Notes: a model not told the origin generated them from the letters alone. DNA of 58,790 nt from Pristiophorus japonicus (GCF_044704955.1 NW_027254618.1:186001-244790), one strand, 5' to 3'; counted from the stretch's first letter, positions 1 through 13,649 are shown. Translations and numbers: made by a program.

Positions 1-655
1 TGCAGGATGACTTGGACAGGTTAGGTGAGTGGGCAAATGTATGGAAGATGCAGTATAATATGGATAAATGTGAGGTTATCCACTTTGGGGGCAAAAACAC
101 GAAGGCAGAATATTATCTGAATGGCGGCAGATTAGGAAAAGGGGAGGTGCAATGAGACCTGGGTGTCATGGTACATAGAAAGTTGGTATGCAGGTACAGC
201 AGGCGGTGAAGAAGACAAATGGTATGTTAGCCTTCATAGCTAGGGGATTTGAGTATAGGAGCAGGGAGGTCTTACTGCAGTTGTACAGGGCCTGGAATAT
301 TGTGTTCAGTTTTGGTCTCCTAATCTGAGGAAGGACATTCTTGCTATTGAGAGAGTGCAGCGAATGTTCACCAGACTGATTCCCAGGATGGCAGGACTGA
401 CATATGAGGAGAGACTGGATCGACTATGCCTGTATTCACAGGAATTTAGAAGGATGAAAGGGGATCTCATAGAAACATATAAAATTCTGACGAACTGGAC
501 AGGTTAGATGCAGGAAGAATGTTCCCGATGTTGGGGAAGTCCAGAACCAGGGAACACAGTCTAAGGATAAGGGGTAAGCCATTTAGGACTGAGATGAGGA
601 GAAACCTTTTCACTGAGAGAGTTGTTAACCTGTGAAATTCCCTACCGCAGACAGT
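1..655 (+). mobile_element. CR1-type LINE fragment (3' part of ORF2/RT), decayed
   Basis: Translates to CR1 C-terminal motifs ([40 protein letters not shown]); near-identical to copies at 6192 and 30533. Confidence 0.9.
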
Positions 656-720
656 TGTTAGATACAGAGTAAAGCTCCCTCTACACTGTCCCATCAAACA
701 CTCCCAGGGCATGTACACGG
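655..720 (+). repeat. Single copy of the ~67-bp unit GTTAGATACAGAGTAAAGCTCCCTCTACACTGTCCC...
   Basis: Same unit is tandemly arrayed at 19295-19700 and 22205-22535. Confidence 0.8.
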
Positions 721-851
721 GCGTGTTACTAATGGCTTCCCTGGATCCCAAGGCTGGGAGCGGCGCTCTGGAAGGTATGGGGAGCTCGGACTTGTCCATG
801 ATAATAACCAACAGCAAGAGAACTGAAATAATCCAGAGTAATGAGGTGTTG

Positions 852-1270
852 GTCATGGCTCAGTGGTAGCATTCTTGTCTCTGAGTCAGTAGATTGTGGA
901 TTGAAGTCCACCTCCAGAGCCTTGAGCTTAAAATCTAGGCCGGCATTCCAATGCAATACAGAGGGAGCGCTGCACTGTCAGAGGTGCCGTCTTTCACATG
1001 AGGCGTTCAACCAAGGCCCCATCTGACCTCTCAAATGGGCGTAAATGATCCCATGACGTTATTCAAAGAAAAAGGGAGTTTACCCCAGTGTCCCTCAACC
1101 AACATCACTAAAACAGATTATCTGGCCATTATCACATTGCTGTTTGTGGGAGCCTGCTGTGTGCAAATTGGTTGCTGCATTTCCTCCATTACAACAGTGA
1201 CTGCACTTAAAAAGCACTTGCTTGTCAAGTGCTTTGGCATGAAAAGCACTTTATAAATACAAGTCTTCCT
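852..1270 (+). mobile_element. tRNA-derived SINE, probably Deu-domain (SacSINE1-like)
   Basis: A-box-like TGGCTCAGTGG head; core (CAGATTATCTGG..CATTGCTGTTTGTGGGA..TGCTGTGTGCAAATTGG) resembles Deu SINEs as recalled; partial second copy at 19705-19960. Confidence 0.7.
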
Positions 1271-1375
1271 TTAACAAAGGAGAAAAGGCTCAAAAATGGA
1301 ACAGGATATCAATTAGTCTCCTCTTGGAGAAATCAAGGAATCGACTGTATGTTGGAAACAAAGCTGATTTATTTG

Positions 1376-1820
1376 AGAGTTGTTTGACAGAGGGTGCAGA
1401 AAAGATATACAAGAATGGTTCCAAGGCTGAGGGACTTCAGTTATGTGGATATACTGCAGAAGCTGGGGTGTACTCCTTACAGCAGAGAAGATTGAGAGGA
1501 GATTTGATAGAGGTGTTCAAGATCATGAGGGGTATAGACAGAGTGGATCCAGAGGACAAAAGGTGATTGGCAAAAGAACCAAAGGCGACATTAGGAAAAA
1601 AATGTTTACGCAGCGAGTGGTTAGGATCTGGAATGCACTCCTGAAAGGGTTGGAGGCAGATTCAATTGTCGCTTTCAAAAGGGAATTGGATAAGTACCTG
1701 AAGGAAAAAATTCACAGGGTTACGGGGCAAGGGCGGGGGAGTGGGACTAGCTGAGGTGTTCTTGCAGAGAGCCTGCATGGGCTTGATGGGTCGAAAGCTG
1801 TAACCATTCTATGATTCTAA
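1376..1820 (+). mobile_element. CR1 3' fragment inserted in the ZNF 3' UTR
   Basis: RRLRGDLIEVFKIM, FTQRVVRIWNAL motifs and ATTCTATGATTCT tail; absent from the paralogous UTR at 20086-20100. Confidence 0.85.
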
Positions 1821-1906
1821 GCTTTCCAGAAAATTAAACTCCAGCCCAGTTATAGGGATTAATTACATCAGTGGCAACAAACCCCAACTGTCCAAGTGAA
1901 CACGGT

Positions 1907-3171
1907 TCAGTCCTGGATGTGATTAACAGCAGAATCCACACCTGCAGTGTGAACTTGCTGGTGTCTCAGTAGGTGGGACGACTGAATGAATCCCTTCCCA
2001 CACTCAGAGCAGGTGAACGGCATCTCCGCAGTGTGAGTGCGTTGGTGTGCCAGCAGGTTGAATGAACGAGTGAATCTCTTCCCACACTCAGAACAGGTGA
2101 ACGGCCTCTCCCCAGTGTGAGTGCGTTGGTGTGTCATCAGATCCTTTCTGCTTTTAAAGCTCTTCTCACAGTCAGAACATTTAAACGGTCTCTTATTGGT
2201 GTGAACAAGTTGGTGTTCAGTGAGCTGGGATGAACGAGTGCATGCCTTCCCACACACAGAACAGGTAAAATGTTTCTCCCCGTTGTGAACAGGTTGGTGT
2301 GCAGTGAGCTGGCATGAACGAGCGAATTCCATACCACACATGGAACACGTGAACGGCCTTTCCCCGGTGTGAACTCGCTGGTGTTCAGTGAGGATGGATG
2401 AACGAGCGAATCCCTTCCCACACACAGAGCAGATGAACGGCCTCTCCCCGCTGTGAACTCGCTGGTGTCTCAGCTGATGAGATGATTTAGCAAACCCTTT
2501 CCCACATATGGAGCAGATGAATGGTCTCTCCCCAGTATGAACTCACTGGTGTTCAGTGAGGCGTGAAGAACAAGTGAATCCCTTCCCACACACGGAGCAG
2601 ATGAATGGTTTCTTCCCAGTGTGAACTCGCTGGTGCTCAGTGAGGTTGGATGACTGCCTGAACCTCTTCTCGCAGTAAGAGCAACTGAATGGCCTCTCCC
2701 CAGTGTGAACTCGTTGGTGTTGATTTAGTTCACGAGAGGTTTTAAAGCTGTTCCCACAGTCAGAGCATTTAAAAGGTCTCTCATTCGTGTGAACTCGCTG
2801 GTGTGATAGAAGGTGAGCTGAATGAATGAATCCCTTCCCACACACAGGGCAGGTGAACGGCCTCTCCCCGGTGTGACGACGTCGATGAGTTTCCAGCTCA
2901 GAGGGGCAATTGAATCCCTTCCCACAATCTCCACATTCCCATGTTTTCTCCGTGATGTGGGTGTCCTTGTGTCTCTCCAGGTTGGACGATCAGTTGAAGC
3001 CTCGTCCACACACACACACGTGTACGGTTTCTCCCCGTTGTGAATGGTGCGATGTTTCTCCTTCCACTTTAAAAGGCCGATGATATCCAGCTCCTGATGA
3101 ATGGAGTGACTCTGTCAGATCTGACATATTTGGTTGGGTTTTCCGTCTGCAAATGCTCCCCTTCTAATATC
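1907..3171 (-). pseudogene. C2H2 zinc-finger gene exon (~13 fingers, TGERPF linkers), disrupted
   Basis: Tandem C-x2-C-x12-H-x3-H fingers in one frame; in-frame TGA at 2543-2545 and 2990-2992; the ATG found in the paralog (MEKPW) is ACG here (2953); TTTTACAG acceptor ends at 3172; AATAAA near 1367-1372. Confidence 0.9.
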
Positions 3172-3479
3172 CTGTAAAAGGATTTTACAAAAGTCAGCAC
3201 TGGAAGTGCAGGATAGAAATTGAAGACAGACAATTCTCATTTCTATGGCACAGTCTTTCCCCTCTATTGTTCCCCCAAAGCTGTAAATCCCTGTCCCGCA
3301 CATTCTCCCTCCTCGCTGTGCTGAAATCCAAACCCATCGCACCATCTCCAACATTTCTTTACCCTCCCCCCTCCACCGTTTGCTCCCTCCCTCTGCTCTG
3401 GTTGGGTTCAGTTCTACACCCGCTGTGGAAAGTGAGAATAAAATCAATGAGGCATTAATGTTTTTCTCCTGGGTACTGG

Positions 3480-4030
3480 GACCCTGAAGCCCCGCCCACT
3501 CTCTGCTCCTGTACCAAAATGGCCGCGCAGTCGCAATAATCCGGGCTTGTCACCGGGGAAAAGCCTTTGCGAATATGGCCGCACAGCCGCCCTGAACGTC
3601 CCTGTCCAAGATGGCGGCCAGTGAACCCGGGCAGTCGGGCCTATCTCCGCGGTGCAAACACGGGCCTACGGGCTCTTATTCGGAGCCTGTCCGCTCATAT
3701 TCGGTGCCTGAGGCTTTCGCGACCTGTTTAACTCTTTTTGGAGTTCACCTGCAAAAACATAAAACATGTATCCGTGCCACCCGACCTGGATGACACACAC
3801 AAGACATTTACAAGGCCCCTTTTTTTCGCGACCTGTTTATGAAGCTTCCCAGCGTATCCAGCTGTCCAATTCCTCCGCTCAGACCACAATCTCCCGGCGC
3901 CTCGCAGAACCGTATCTTCTGTCACAAACCATCTTCGCCACTGGCACTGCGCATGCCCAGAGCACAGACCGGCCGCGCGCCTGCGTACTGGGCTCCTGTA
4001 GTCATTGATAGGCCACTTTGAGCCTCGCGA
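3480..4030. promoter_or_regulatory. CpG-island promoter upstream of the ZNF gene
   Basis: CpG-rich; YY1-like AAAATGGCCGC and AAGATGGCGGC; NRF1-like TGCGCATGC; GC box. Confidence 0.65.
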
Positions 4031-4684
4031 GGGTTTCTGGGTAAACATCCTTCCATTCATTGAAAGCCCCAGGTGGTGAAGATAACATTTATTTTGTGTC
4101 AGCCGATTGAAATTGTTTTTTTCACTACCTGTAGGAGGTCACACTAAGTTGCTCCAGTGTTAGCAGATGGGAACAGAAATCTTTAAAGCAAGTGCCCTCG
4201 TATACCACAAATATGAAATAAATAGTAATAACTATTTACACACAAATCATAAAGTGATTGTGAGGATCAATTATCACCTCTTTAACCTGCGGTGCCCACC
4301 GGTCACGAAAGGTATCAAGCTTTCCACATGGACACCACATGGTCCCTCTCCATAGCCAGCCGGGCAAGACCGTGGAAGCGAGGTAGGCAGCCAGTGTGAC
4401 CTCCCAATGGGCCCGCTCATCTTGGACTTGCAAATTTTATGTTTTTGCCAGACCCAAGAGCAGGTCCAGGAGAAGATCCTCTGACTTACTCATCCGACAT
4501 CTCCACTCCATCACCCTCCACATCGGGCGATCGAAGAATAGGGGCATGGTGCTGAAGTGTAACCAAAACTTGAGGAGCAGCCGCTTCAGGTAACTATGCA
4601 GGGGCTGAAAAATCGATCATTGAATATATATATGGCCCATGGACTCCTCTCCCCACAAAAATCCACATCTGGCCTTGGAGCCCG

Positions 4685-5267
4685 GAAAAGGGAGTTATGC
4701 TGGAACTGTATACAACACTAGTTTGGCCACAGCTGGATTACTGTGTGCAGTTCTGGTCACCACATTACAGGAAGTATGTGATTGCACTAGAAAGGGTTCC
4801 GAGGAGAGGCTGTTTCCAGGATCGGAAAACTTTAGCTATGAGGAAGGATTGGGTAGGCTGGGGTTGTTTTCCTTGGAACAGAGGAGGCCGAGGAGAGATT
4901 TAATTGAGGTGTATAAAATTATGAGGGGCCTAGATACAGTGGATAGGAAGGACATTTCCCTTAGCTGAAGGGTCAATAACCAGGGCTATAGATTTAAAGT
5001 ATATGGTAAAAGGATTAGAGGGGAAATAAGTAAACATTTCTTTCCCTGGAGGGTGAGAGTCTGGAACTCACTGCCTGAAAGGGTGGTAGAGGCAGAAACC
5101 CTCATCACATTTAAATAGTTCTTGATGTGCACGTGAAGAGCCGCAACCTGCAGGGCTACGGGCCTAGTGCTGGAAGGTGGGCATAGGCTGTTTAGCTCTT
5201 TTTTGACTGGCATGGACATTATGGGCCGAATGGCCTCCTCTGTCATAATTTTTCTATGATTCTATGA
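4685..5267 (+). mobile_element. CR1 3' fragment
   Basis: [14 protein letters not shown] and RDLIEVYKIM motifs, TTCTATGATTCTATG tail. Confidence 0.85.
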
Positions 5268-6029
5268 AAAATGATTGCACATGACTGCTCCGTGTAACAG
5301 TCTCCGCCCTAGACCCCAGTGGTGCAGGGGAGGACTCGCGCGTAGAAAGCCCCCATTGGGGAACCCAGCCTCGGTCGGAAGATAACCCACCAGTCCGATT
5401 GGTCAATAAACAAACTTAATAAATAAATTATACAAAGACTGGAGTGCCAGGGTCCTCAGCCATGGTGCTGATACATTTCCGTTACTAACTCGCATCTCAG
5501 GACACACCGTGTCTGAGTTCATTGCTAAATATATTCTAACTGTTTTGTAACTTGAGTTCTGGCCTCATTCTGAGGGAAATTTACGAGGTCTCATTTTGTT
5601 TGTGTGTCCCACTGGAGAGGCTGTTAATGGCTTTAATAAACTGGCAACAAGCTTTTTTTAATTTTGGAGGTGAAAAACGCTATTAGTGATGCCTCAAAAC
5701 ACATGGGACAGAGAAATCCAGTTCACAGTGCCCCTGCCACAGCACTCAGTATCCACCCTCTCTACCATTGGTACTGTTTCTGCAGTAATTATGGTCTATA
5801 AGATGACGCAAGTCAGACCATGTGGAGTCAAGGGCCAGGTAGCAGAATGGATGGAAAGATGGCTACTAAACAGAAATCAGAGGGTATGAGCTAAGTGAAG
5901 TTTCTCAGACTGGCAGGAAGTGAGAAGTGATGTCCCGCAGGGATCCGTGCCAGGACCACTGTTGTTCACCATTATATAGACTCAGAAATTGTGGCATGTT
6001 TTCCAAATTTGCAGAGGATACCAAGTTGG

Positions 6030-7300
6030 CCCATGTGGAGACCAAGTTCTGCCTTCACACTGAGGACAACCACCATCGTATTGTGTGGCACTACCACTGT
6101 GCCATATGGAATAGACTAATAATTGACCTAGCAGCTCAAAACTAGGCAGCCATCAGATGCTCTGGGCTATCCACAGCTGCAGAATTGTATTAGAAAGCAA
6201 ATGGCATGTTGGCCTTCATAGCAAGGGGATTTGAGTACAGGGGCAGGGAGGTGTTGCTACAGTTGTACAGGGCATTGGTGAGGCCACACCTGGAGTATTG
6301 TGTACAGTTTTGGTCTCCTAACCTGAGGAAGGACATTCTTGCTATTGAGGGAGTGCAGCGAAGGTTCACCAGACTGATTCCCGGGATGGCGGGACTGACC
6401 TATCAAGAAAGACTGGATCAACTGGGCTTGTATTCACTGGAGTTCAGAAGAATGAGAGGGGACCTCATAGAAACATATAAAATTCTGACGGGGTTAGACA
6501 GGTTAGATGCAGGAAGAATGTTCCCAATGTTGGGGAAGTCCAGAACCAGGGGTCACAGTCTAAGGATAAGGGGTAAGCCATTTAGGACCGAGATGCGGAG
6601 GAACTTCTTCACCCAGAGAGTGGTGAACCTGTGGAATTCTCTACCACAGAAAGTTGTTGAGGCCAATTCACTAAATATATTCAAAAAGGAGTTAGATGAG
6701 GTCCTTACTGCTAGGGGGATCAAGGGGTATGGCGAGAAAGCAGGAATGGGGTACTGAAGTTGAATGTTCAGCCATGAACTCATTGAATGGCGGTGCAGGC
6801 TAGAAGGGCCGAATGGCCTACTCCTGCACCTATTTTCTATGTCTATGTTTCTATGTATTCCAACACAATCTGCAAGCTCATGGCCTGGCATATTCTTACT
6901 CCTTCATTACCATCAAGCAAGCTGACCAACCTCCGTTCAATGAGGAGTGTAGAAGAGCATGCTGGGAGCAGCACCAGGTGTACCTAAAAATGAGCTACCA
7001 AACTGGAGAAGCTACAACACAGGACTACCTGCCTGTTAACCAGCATAAGCAGCATGCTATGGTCAGAGCTAAGTGATCCCACAACCAATGGATCAGATCA
7101 CAGCTCTGCAGTCCTGCCACATCCAGTTATGAATGGTGGTGGACAATTAAACAACTAACAGAAGGAGGCGTCTCCATGAACATTTCCATCCTCAATGATG
7201 GCAGAGCCCAGCACCTAAGTGCAAAAGAAAGGCTGAAGCATTCATAATTATCTTCAGCCAGAAATGTTGAGTGTATGATCCTTCTCTACCTCCTCTGAAG
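6030..7300 (+). mobile_element. Older LINE fragment (CR1/Crack-like) split by a younger CR1
   Basis: Degenerate ORF2-like sequence (..WWWTIKQLT..) on both sides of 6192-6853; TGTATT duplicated at 6186-6191 and 6854-6859. Confidence 0.55.
6192..6853 (+). mobile_element. Young 5'-truncated CR1 with intact C-terminal ORF (6206-6757) and 3' tail
   Basis: Open 183-aa CR1 ORF2 C-terminus, 3' hairpin region and TTTCTATG tail, 6-bp target-site duplication. Confidence 0.92.
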
Positions 7301-7309
7301 TCAACAACA

Positions 7310-7600
7310 ACAACTTGCATTTATATAGCTCCTTTAACATAGTAAAGCATTCCCAGGCTCTTCACAAGAGTCTTATCAAAAAAGATTTGACACAGAGCCA
7401 CATAAAGAGATGTTAGGTCAGGTAGCCTAGAGCATGCTCAAAGTGTCTAAACTGAGACATTTAGGAAGGGTGGAAGTTGTGAGGCTGGCCAGGAGAACAC
7501 TGGAATAGTTAAGTCTGGAGGCAACAAAGGCATGGATGAGGGTTTCAGCAGCAGATGAGTTGAGGCAGGGGCGGAGCAGGGTGATATTACGGAGGTGAAA
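7310..7600 (-). mobile_element. L2-type LINE fragment / L2-tailed element
   Basis: AETLIHAFVASRLNY motif typical of L2 RT; CAACTTGCATTTATATAGC tail. Confidence 0.75.
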
Positions 7601-7619
7601 GGATGTCTCAGCTGATCTA

Positions 7620-9090
7620 CTGCTGAAACCCACAACCATTCCTTTGTTACATCCACACTTCAGTATTCCAATGTTCTCCTGCCACCTTCAAAGATTTGTA
7701 TACATACAACCCAGGTCTCTCTGTTCCTGCATCCCTTTCAAAATTGTACCATTTCATTCATATTGCCTTTCTTTATTTTTCCTACCAAAATATATCACTT
7801 CACACTTCTCTGCATTAAATTCCATCTGCCACGTGGCTGCCCATTTCATCAGTCTGTCTATTATCACCTGAAGTCTTTTACTACTCTCCTCCAAGTTTTG
7901 TGTCATCTGCAAACGATGAAATGATCCCCTGTATACCCAAATCCAGCCCAAAAAGAGCAGTGGTCCTAACGACCACTGGATACTTACCTCCAGTCTGAAA
8001 AACAACCATTCACCACTACTCTCTGCTTTCTGTCCCTTACCCAATTATGTACACATGCTGCCACTGTCCCATTAATCCCATAGGCTTTAATTTTGCTAAC
8101 AATTCTATTATGTGGTGCTTTGTCAAGCGCTTTTTGTAAGTCATCTGCACAACATCAACCGCACTACCCTCATCAACCCTCCCCATTACTTCATCAAAAA
8201 CCTCGGTCAAGTTACTCAAACATGATCTGCCTTTAACAAATCTGTGCTGACTTTCAGTTATTAGCCCATAGTTTCCCAAATGCCAATGAATTTTGTCCCG
8301 GATTATTGTTTCTAGAAGTTTCCCTATCACCGACGTTAGTCTCACTGATCTGTAGTTTCCGGGTTTATCTCTCGCCCCTTTTTTAAACAGGGGTGTAACA
8401 TTTGCAGTCCTGCAGTCCTCTGGCACCACGCCGATATCCAAGGAGGATTGGAAGATTGTGGCTAGAGCCTCCGCAATTTTCATCCTTACTTCCCTCAGTA
8501 ATGTAGGGTCATGTAACCTTTCTACTTTGAGGATTGCCAACCTTTTAAGTACTTCCTCTTCATCGATTTTTGTCCTATCCAATATCACTACTGCCTCCTT
8601 CTTTACTGCTACATTGGTAGCATCCTCTTCTCTAGTGAAGACAGCTGTAACAGACTCATTTAATACCTCAGCCATGCCCTCTGCCTGCACAAGATCTCCT
8701 TTTTGGTCCCTAATCAACCCAACCCTTCCTTCGACCACCCTTTTACTAGTTATGTGTTTATAAAAGACTTTTCGGTTCCCCTTTATGTTAGCTACTAATC
8801 TATTTTCATACTCTCTCTTTGACCCTCTTATTCCATATTTTAGATCTCCTCTGTACTTTCTATATTCAGCTTGATTCCCCACTGTATCTGAACCTTGCAT
8901 TTGTCAAATGGCTCCTTTTTTGTCATTTTAACCTCTATACGTTTAGTCATTCAGGGAGCTCTAGCTTTGGATGCCCGTCCTTTCCCCTAATAGAAATGTG
9001 TCTCCTCTGTCCCCGAACCATCTCCTCTTTGAAAGCCTCCCATTGTTCACTTGCTGTTTTGCCTCCCATCCACCTGGGCCAGATCCTTTT
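7620..9090 (-). mobile_element. Decayed CR1 ORF2 (tether and RT)
   Basis: ORF 8037-8900 with ANVTPLFKKG..PGNYR.V.LTSV.GK.LE and SQH.FVKGRSCL.NL motifs. Confidence 0.9.
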
Positions 9091-9119
9091 TCATTCTAGC
9101 TCACTGCATAATGGGAATG

Positions 9120-9415
9120 GGAACATAGTGGTAACATCACTGGGCTGGTAATCCTGAGGCCTAGACTAATAATCCAGAGATGTGAGTTCAAATCCCACCA
9201 TGGCAGCTGGGGAATATTAGTTAAATAAATCTAGAATAAAAAGCTACTATCAGTAATGGAACTACTGGATTGTTGTAAAAACCCATCTGGCTCACTGATG
9301 TTTTTGAGAGAAGGAAATCTGATGCCCTTATCTGGTCTGGCCTATATGTGACTCCAGATCCCACAGCAATGTGGTTGACTCTGAAATATCACTCAGTTGT
9401 AACACACTACGACAA
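9120..9415 (+). mobile_element. tRNA-derived SINE
   Basis: A-box-like AGTGGTAA and B-box GAGTTCAAATCCC followed by non-tRNA body. Confidence 0.6.
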
Positions 9416-10789
9416 AGTTGTTGGGGGGGGGGGGGGTTATTTCTCGGACTTGCTGGGTCGCCGCCGTTTCTTGCTACTCTCTGTTTTCCAGAGATTCCCG
9501 ACTTTATTTTATTATTTTAAATGTAATTTTTGTGCGACTATATCCGGGCCTCGGGCCCTGGGTCAGGGTGTGCGGGGGGCTAGTGCGGTTTTCGGGATGG
9601 TGTCTCGGGTCAATCGGTGGTTTGTGTGTTCGGGCCTAGTGCCGATGATGAGCCTCGGGCTGGATTTCTGTGTGGCACGGGAGGGAGGCGGGTTGGAGCG
9701 GAGGTCCCGGGGAAGGGAATCCGTCTCCGGGTTTTTTAGGTTGATTTTAAGTCGCTGTTACGTTCTTTGGGGAGACTGAGTTTTGTACTTTGGTGGTGTG
9801 ATTGTCTGATTTTTATTTTTGGATTTTTAATTTAATTGTTTAATAACAACAAATGACCTTGTTTTAACTGTTTGGGTGAGGGTTGTGTTTATGAATGATG
9901 GGGCGGGGGGTTTAGGACGCACTTTGCTCTTGTTTTTCGATGTATTTTTGTCTGTGTACACTCCGGTACCACGGCAATAATGACCTGTTGTGGGGCAAGG
10001 GGACAGAGACATCAGGCCCGGCGGCACACACTGACATTGATTGTAACTAATGGGACAGGAGCACCGTGGGTCCGAAATCTGATAGAGTGAGAGAGAAATC
10101 CACCAGGGAGGGGGAGGAAAGGTCCGGGGGGATTTATACTCACTCCATGATCCGTGTCTCGGTGGCTGATTGTAGTCTGTCGGCCTCACCTTTCACCCTG
10201 ACTGGGGCTTCACCACAGGCCGGGGAAAGCAGAGGGAGGGGGGGGGGGGCGTTCAAGGGTCAGAGGGTATTAGAATGAAAAACGTACAGTGAGAGGTTAT
10301 GGAGGGTTTAGAGCTCCTCACCTTCCGCTAGGTCAGTCAAAACGAGAAGGACTGTGAGCAGGGACAAGAACTATTTAAACCTACTGCTTCTCTCAGTGAT
10401 GTGGTGTTAATTGTTTGTTTTGTCTGGTCTTATGGTTCTTATTTCTCCCTCTGCTGTGCTCGAAGGGCCGAATGGCCTACTCCTGCACCTATTTTCTATG
10501 TTTTTGTAGTCTGTTGTCCTACCTGTTTGTTAGGTGAAAATGTAGAGGCCCGCCCTCTTTTTGTTCTGTTAGTATGTGATGCCACACCAAGTTGAATACC
10601 TGTGGTTTGGGGTGGGCATTTTTTGTGGGAGGGGTCTAATGTTTTATTTTCCTACTGGTTTGTTTGTTTCTTTTCTGCCGTATATCTCCTTTTCCCTTAC
10701 TTTCCATAAATTTTTGTTTTTTGATTTAAATAATAAAAAATATAAATTTTTTAAATTATTGTTTAGGGTTTGGTTCTGTTATATTCTTA

Positions 10790-11670
10790 TTACTGTCTTA
10801 GTTTTGCTATCTGTTTTTATATTTTGTGCTAGTTTACTTTCATAGTCTACCTTCCCTTAATCATTTTTTTGGTCATTCTTTGCTGGTTTTTAAAAGCTTC
10901 CCAATCTTCTGTCCTCCCACTAGTTTTGGCCACTTTGTATGCCCTTGTTTTTAATTAGGTACCATCCTTTATTTCTTTAGTTAGCCATGGATAGCTATTT
11001 TTTCTTTTACACCCTTTCCTCCTCACTTGAATGTATTTTTCTTGAGTTATGAACTAGCTCCTTAAATGTACGCCACTGTTCATCAACTGTCCTATACTTG
11101 AATCTATTTTCCCAGTCCACTTTATCAAACTCTGCCCTCATAACTTTTTCTCTCCTTTATTTAACCTTAGTACGCTGGTTTGAGATCCAACTTTCTCGCC
11201 CCCCCCCATCTGAATTTGAAATTTAACCATGCTATGGTCACTCATTCCAAATGGATCCTTTACTAGGAGATTGTTTATTAATCCTGTCTCATTACACAGG
11301 ACTAGATCTAAGATCGCCTTCCCCCTGGTTGGTTCCGTTACATATTGCTCAAGGAACCCGTCCCTTATGCACTCTATGAATTCTTCCTCAGGGCTATCCT
11401 GACCAATTTGATTTGTCCAATAAATACAGAGGTTAAAATCCCCCATTATTATTGCTGTTCCCTTTTTACAAGCCCCCACTATTTCTTGGTTTATACTCTG
11501 ACCAACAGAATTGCTACTGTTAGGGGGCCTATAGACTATGCCCACCAGTGACTTTTTCCCCTTTATTATTCCTTATCTCCACCCAAACTGTTTCATCATC
11601 CTGATCATTCGAGCCAATGTCATTTCTCACTATTGCAGTGATTCCATCCTTTATCAACACAGCTATTTTG
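10790..11670 (-). mobile_element. CR1 ORF2 endonuclease region, decayed
   Basis: YRPPN, IIMGDFN, ILDLVL, SDHSMV apurinic-endonuclease motifs. Confidence 0.88.
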
Positions 11671-12245
11671 TTTCCCTGGAGTTCCTATTATGAGTTTCAG
11701 AAACTTCGGTGCCAAGTGGACCAGGTGTTTAAAGATTTCCCTCTTTCCATGTTGCTGTTAGTTAAAGGTACAGAGACTGATTTCCCCCCCATTATGCATC
11801 TTTAGTAGTTAAACAAAAATCCTTCCTGTTCGTAATGAGTCACATTCTGCACTGGGGGAGATGGCTGGTGACTTCAGCCTTTAAAATACTCCTCCTCTTG
11901 TTCAAATCCCTCCAAGGCCTCGCCCCTCCCTATCTCTGTAACCTCCTCCAGCCCGCCAACCCTCTTAAGAAGGAGAAACAATTTTCAGTGTCAGAAGGGT
12001 CGGTAACCAGAGTGGAGTTGAGGTAAAAGATCAGCCATGATCTTACTGAATGGTGGAGCAGGCTCAAGGGGCCAATGGGCCTACTCCTGCTCCAATTTCT
12101 TATGTTCGTAAAGGGTTGTGGAAATGCAGAACTCGATGTTTTCCATATAACTGAGACTGGGGGCCAATTGAACAGGCTCAAGGGGCCGAATGGCCTATTC
12201 CTCTTTCTATGTTCCAGTGATGACTTTTGTAAACAGCTTTTACAG

Positions 12246-12483
12246 GGGTTTAGAAGGGGAGGATACGCCGAGGGGATTAAACCTGGGCCCCTCCTGTGAA
12301 TGTGACTCAGTCACACTGGTCAGTGCCTGTAGCCACTGAGCCATTGGGAGGATAGTCCAGTGACCCTGCTGGAAAATGCATGATGAGGCCTCAGGCGAGG
12401 GCAATGGAATAGCCTGTCGACACTCACTGTCGAGGTTCACACATGGACATTGGGCACATGAGTCACATATTGGAGAGAAACTG
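12246..12483 (+). other. Putative upstream exon of ZNF gene family
   Basis: TTTTACAG acceptor and GTGAGT donor; inverted paralog at 23020-23237 upstream of the third ZNF. Confidence 0.5.
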
Positions 12484-12738
12484 GTGAGTGTAGAACTGAA
12501 CCCAGCCAGAGTCAGCACCTTTAGGGGAGGAGAACCAGTGAGTGTAGAACTGAACCCAGCCAGAGTCAGACATTAGTGAACCAGTTGGGTTTTTACGACA
12601 ATCCGGCCGCTTTCAAGGTCACTTTGTTGTCATGCCGCCCCCACAAATTAGCAGATTCATTAAGTTTAAATTACTAACCTGCCTCTTTGTATGTTCTCTC
12701 TCACACTGCCTTTTTCCTGTTCTAAATTAATTTTACAG

Positions 12739-13212
12739 GGTATTCGAAGGGGAGGATTTGCCAACGGGAAACTCAAATCGCACACCGCATCAAGATCTGA
12801 CAGCGTCACTCGATTCATCGGGACCTGAATATCATCGGCCTCTCAATATAGAAGCAAAAAGCACCGTTGACAGTGGGGAGAAAGTGTACACGTGTTCTGT
12901 GTGTGGACGAGGCTTCAGCCAAATCTCTGGCCTATCGAGACACAAGCGCAGTCACACCGGGGAGAGGCCGTTCACCTGCTCCGAGTGTGGGAAGGGATTC
13001 GCTCGTTCATCCCACCTTCTGATACACCAGCGAGTTCACACTGACGAGAGACCTTTTAAATGTCCGGACTGTGGGAACTGCTATAAAAGCTCTGGGGAAC
13101 TGATGTACCATCAACATGTTCACACTGGGGAGAGACCGTTCACCTGCTCTGAGTGTGGGAAGGGATTCACTCGTTCATCCATCCGCTGACACACCAGCGA
13201 GTTCACAAGTGA
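12739..13212 (+). pseudogene. C2H2 zinc-finger exon (3 fingers plus a frameshifted 4th)
   Basis: Acceptor AG at 12737-12738; [19 protein letters not shown] linkers; 1-bp deletion near 13182 gives an early TGA; AATAAA at 13352. Confidence 0.8.
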
Positions 13213-13649
13213 CTGCAGGGGATGGATTCTGCTGTTGTTGCTGCTGTTAGTCACATCCAGGACTGAACCATGTTCATTCTGACAGTTGGGGTTTGTTTCT
13301 GCTTAATAACCCTATAACTGGGCTGGAGTTTAATATTCTGGATGAATGGGAAATAAATCAGCTTTGCTTTAAACACATTGCTGTGGATTTTTGTCTTTCC
13401 CACCTGAGTGTTTAGCATCACCTGGCTGGAGCTCAGAGAGGACAATCTGGGGGGAGGATTGTACGGGTGAAACAGAACTTCAGCCTGGACACAGTCCTTC
13501 AGGGAGAGAGGCAAACAGCACTTTGGTCTTTCTCGTCTCTCTGCACTGACAACAAAGTCGCCGTGCGGGTTAATCTTGAGCTGTGTAAGAAATGTTCCCA
13601 GCCGCTCTCTTCCATGGTTCAGACTCCTGGGCATGGAACAGAAGGCTCC

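Noticed and set aside
2543-2992. Selenocysteine or readthrough at in-frame TGA codons in the ZNF
   Set aside because: They fall at positions where Arg (CGA) is expected, so CpG deamination explains them; no SECIS evidence
852-9210. tRNA genes near 855 and 9125
   Set aside because: Only degenerate A/B boxes followed by SINE bodies; no full cloverleaf
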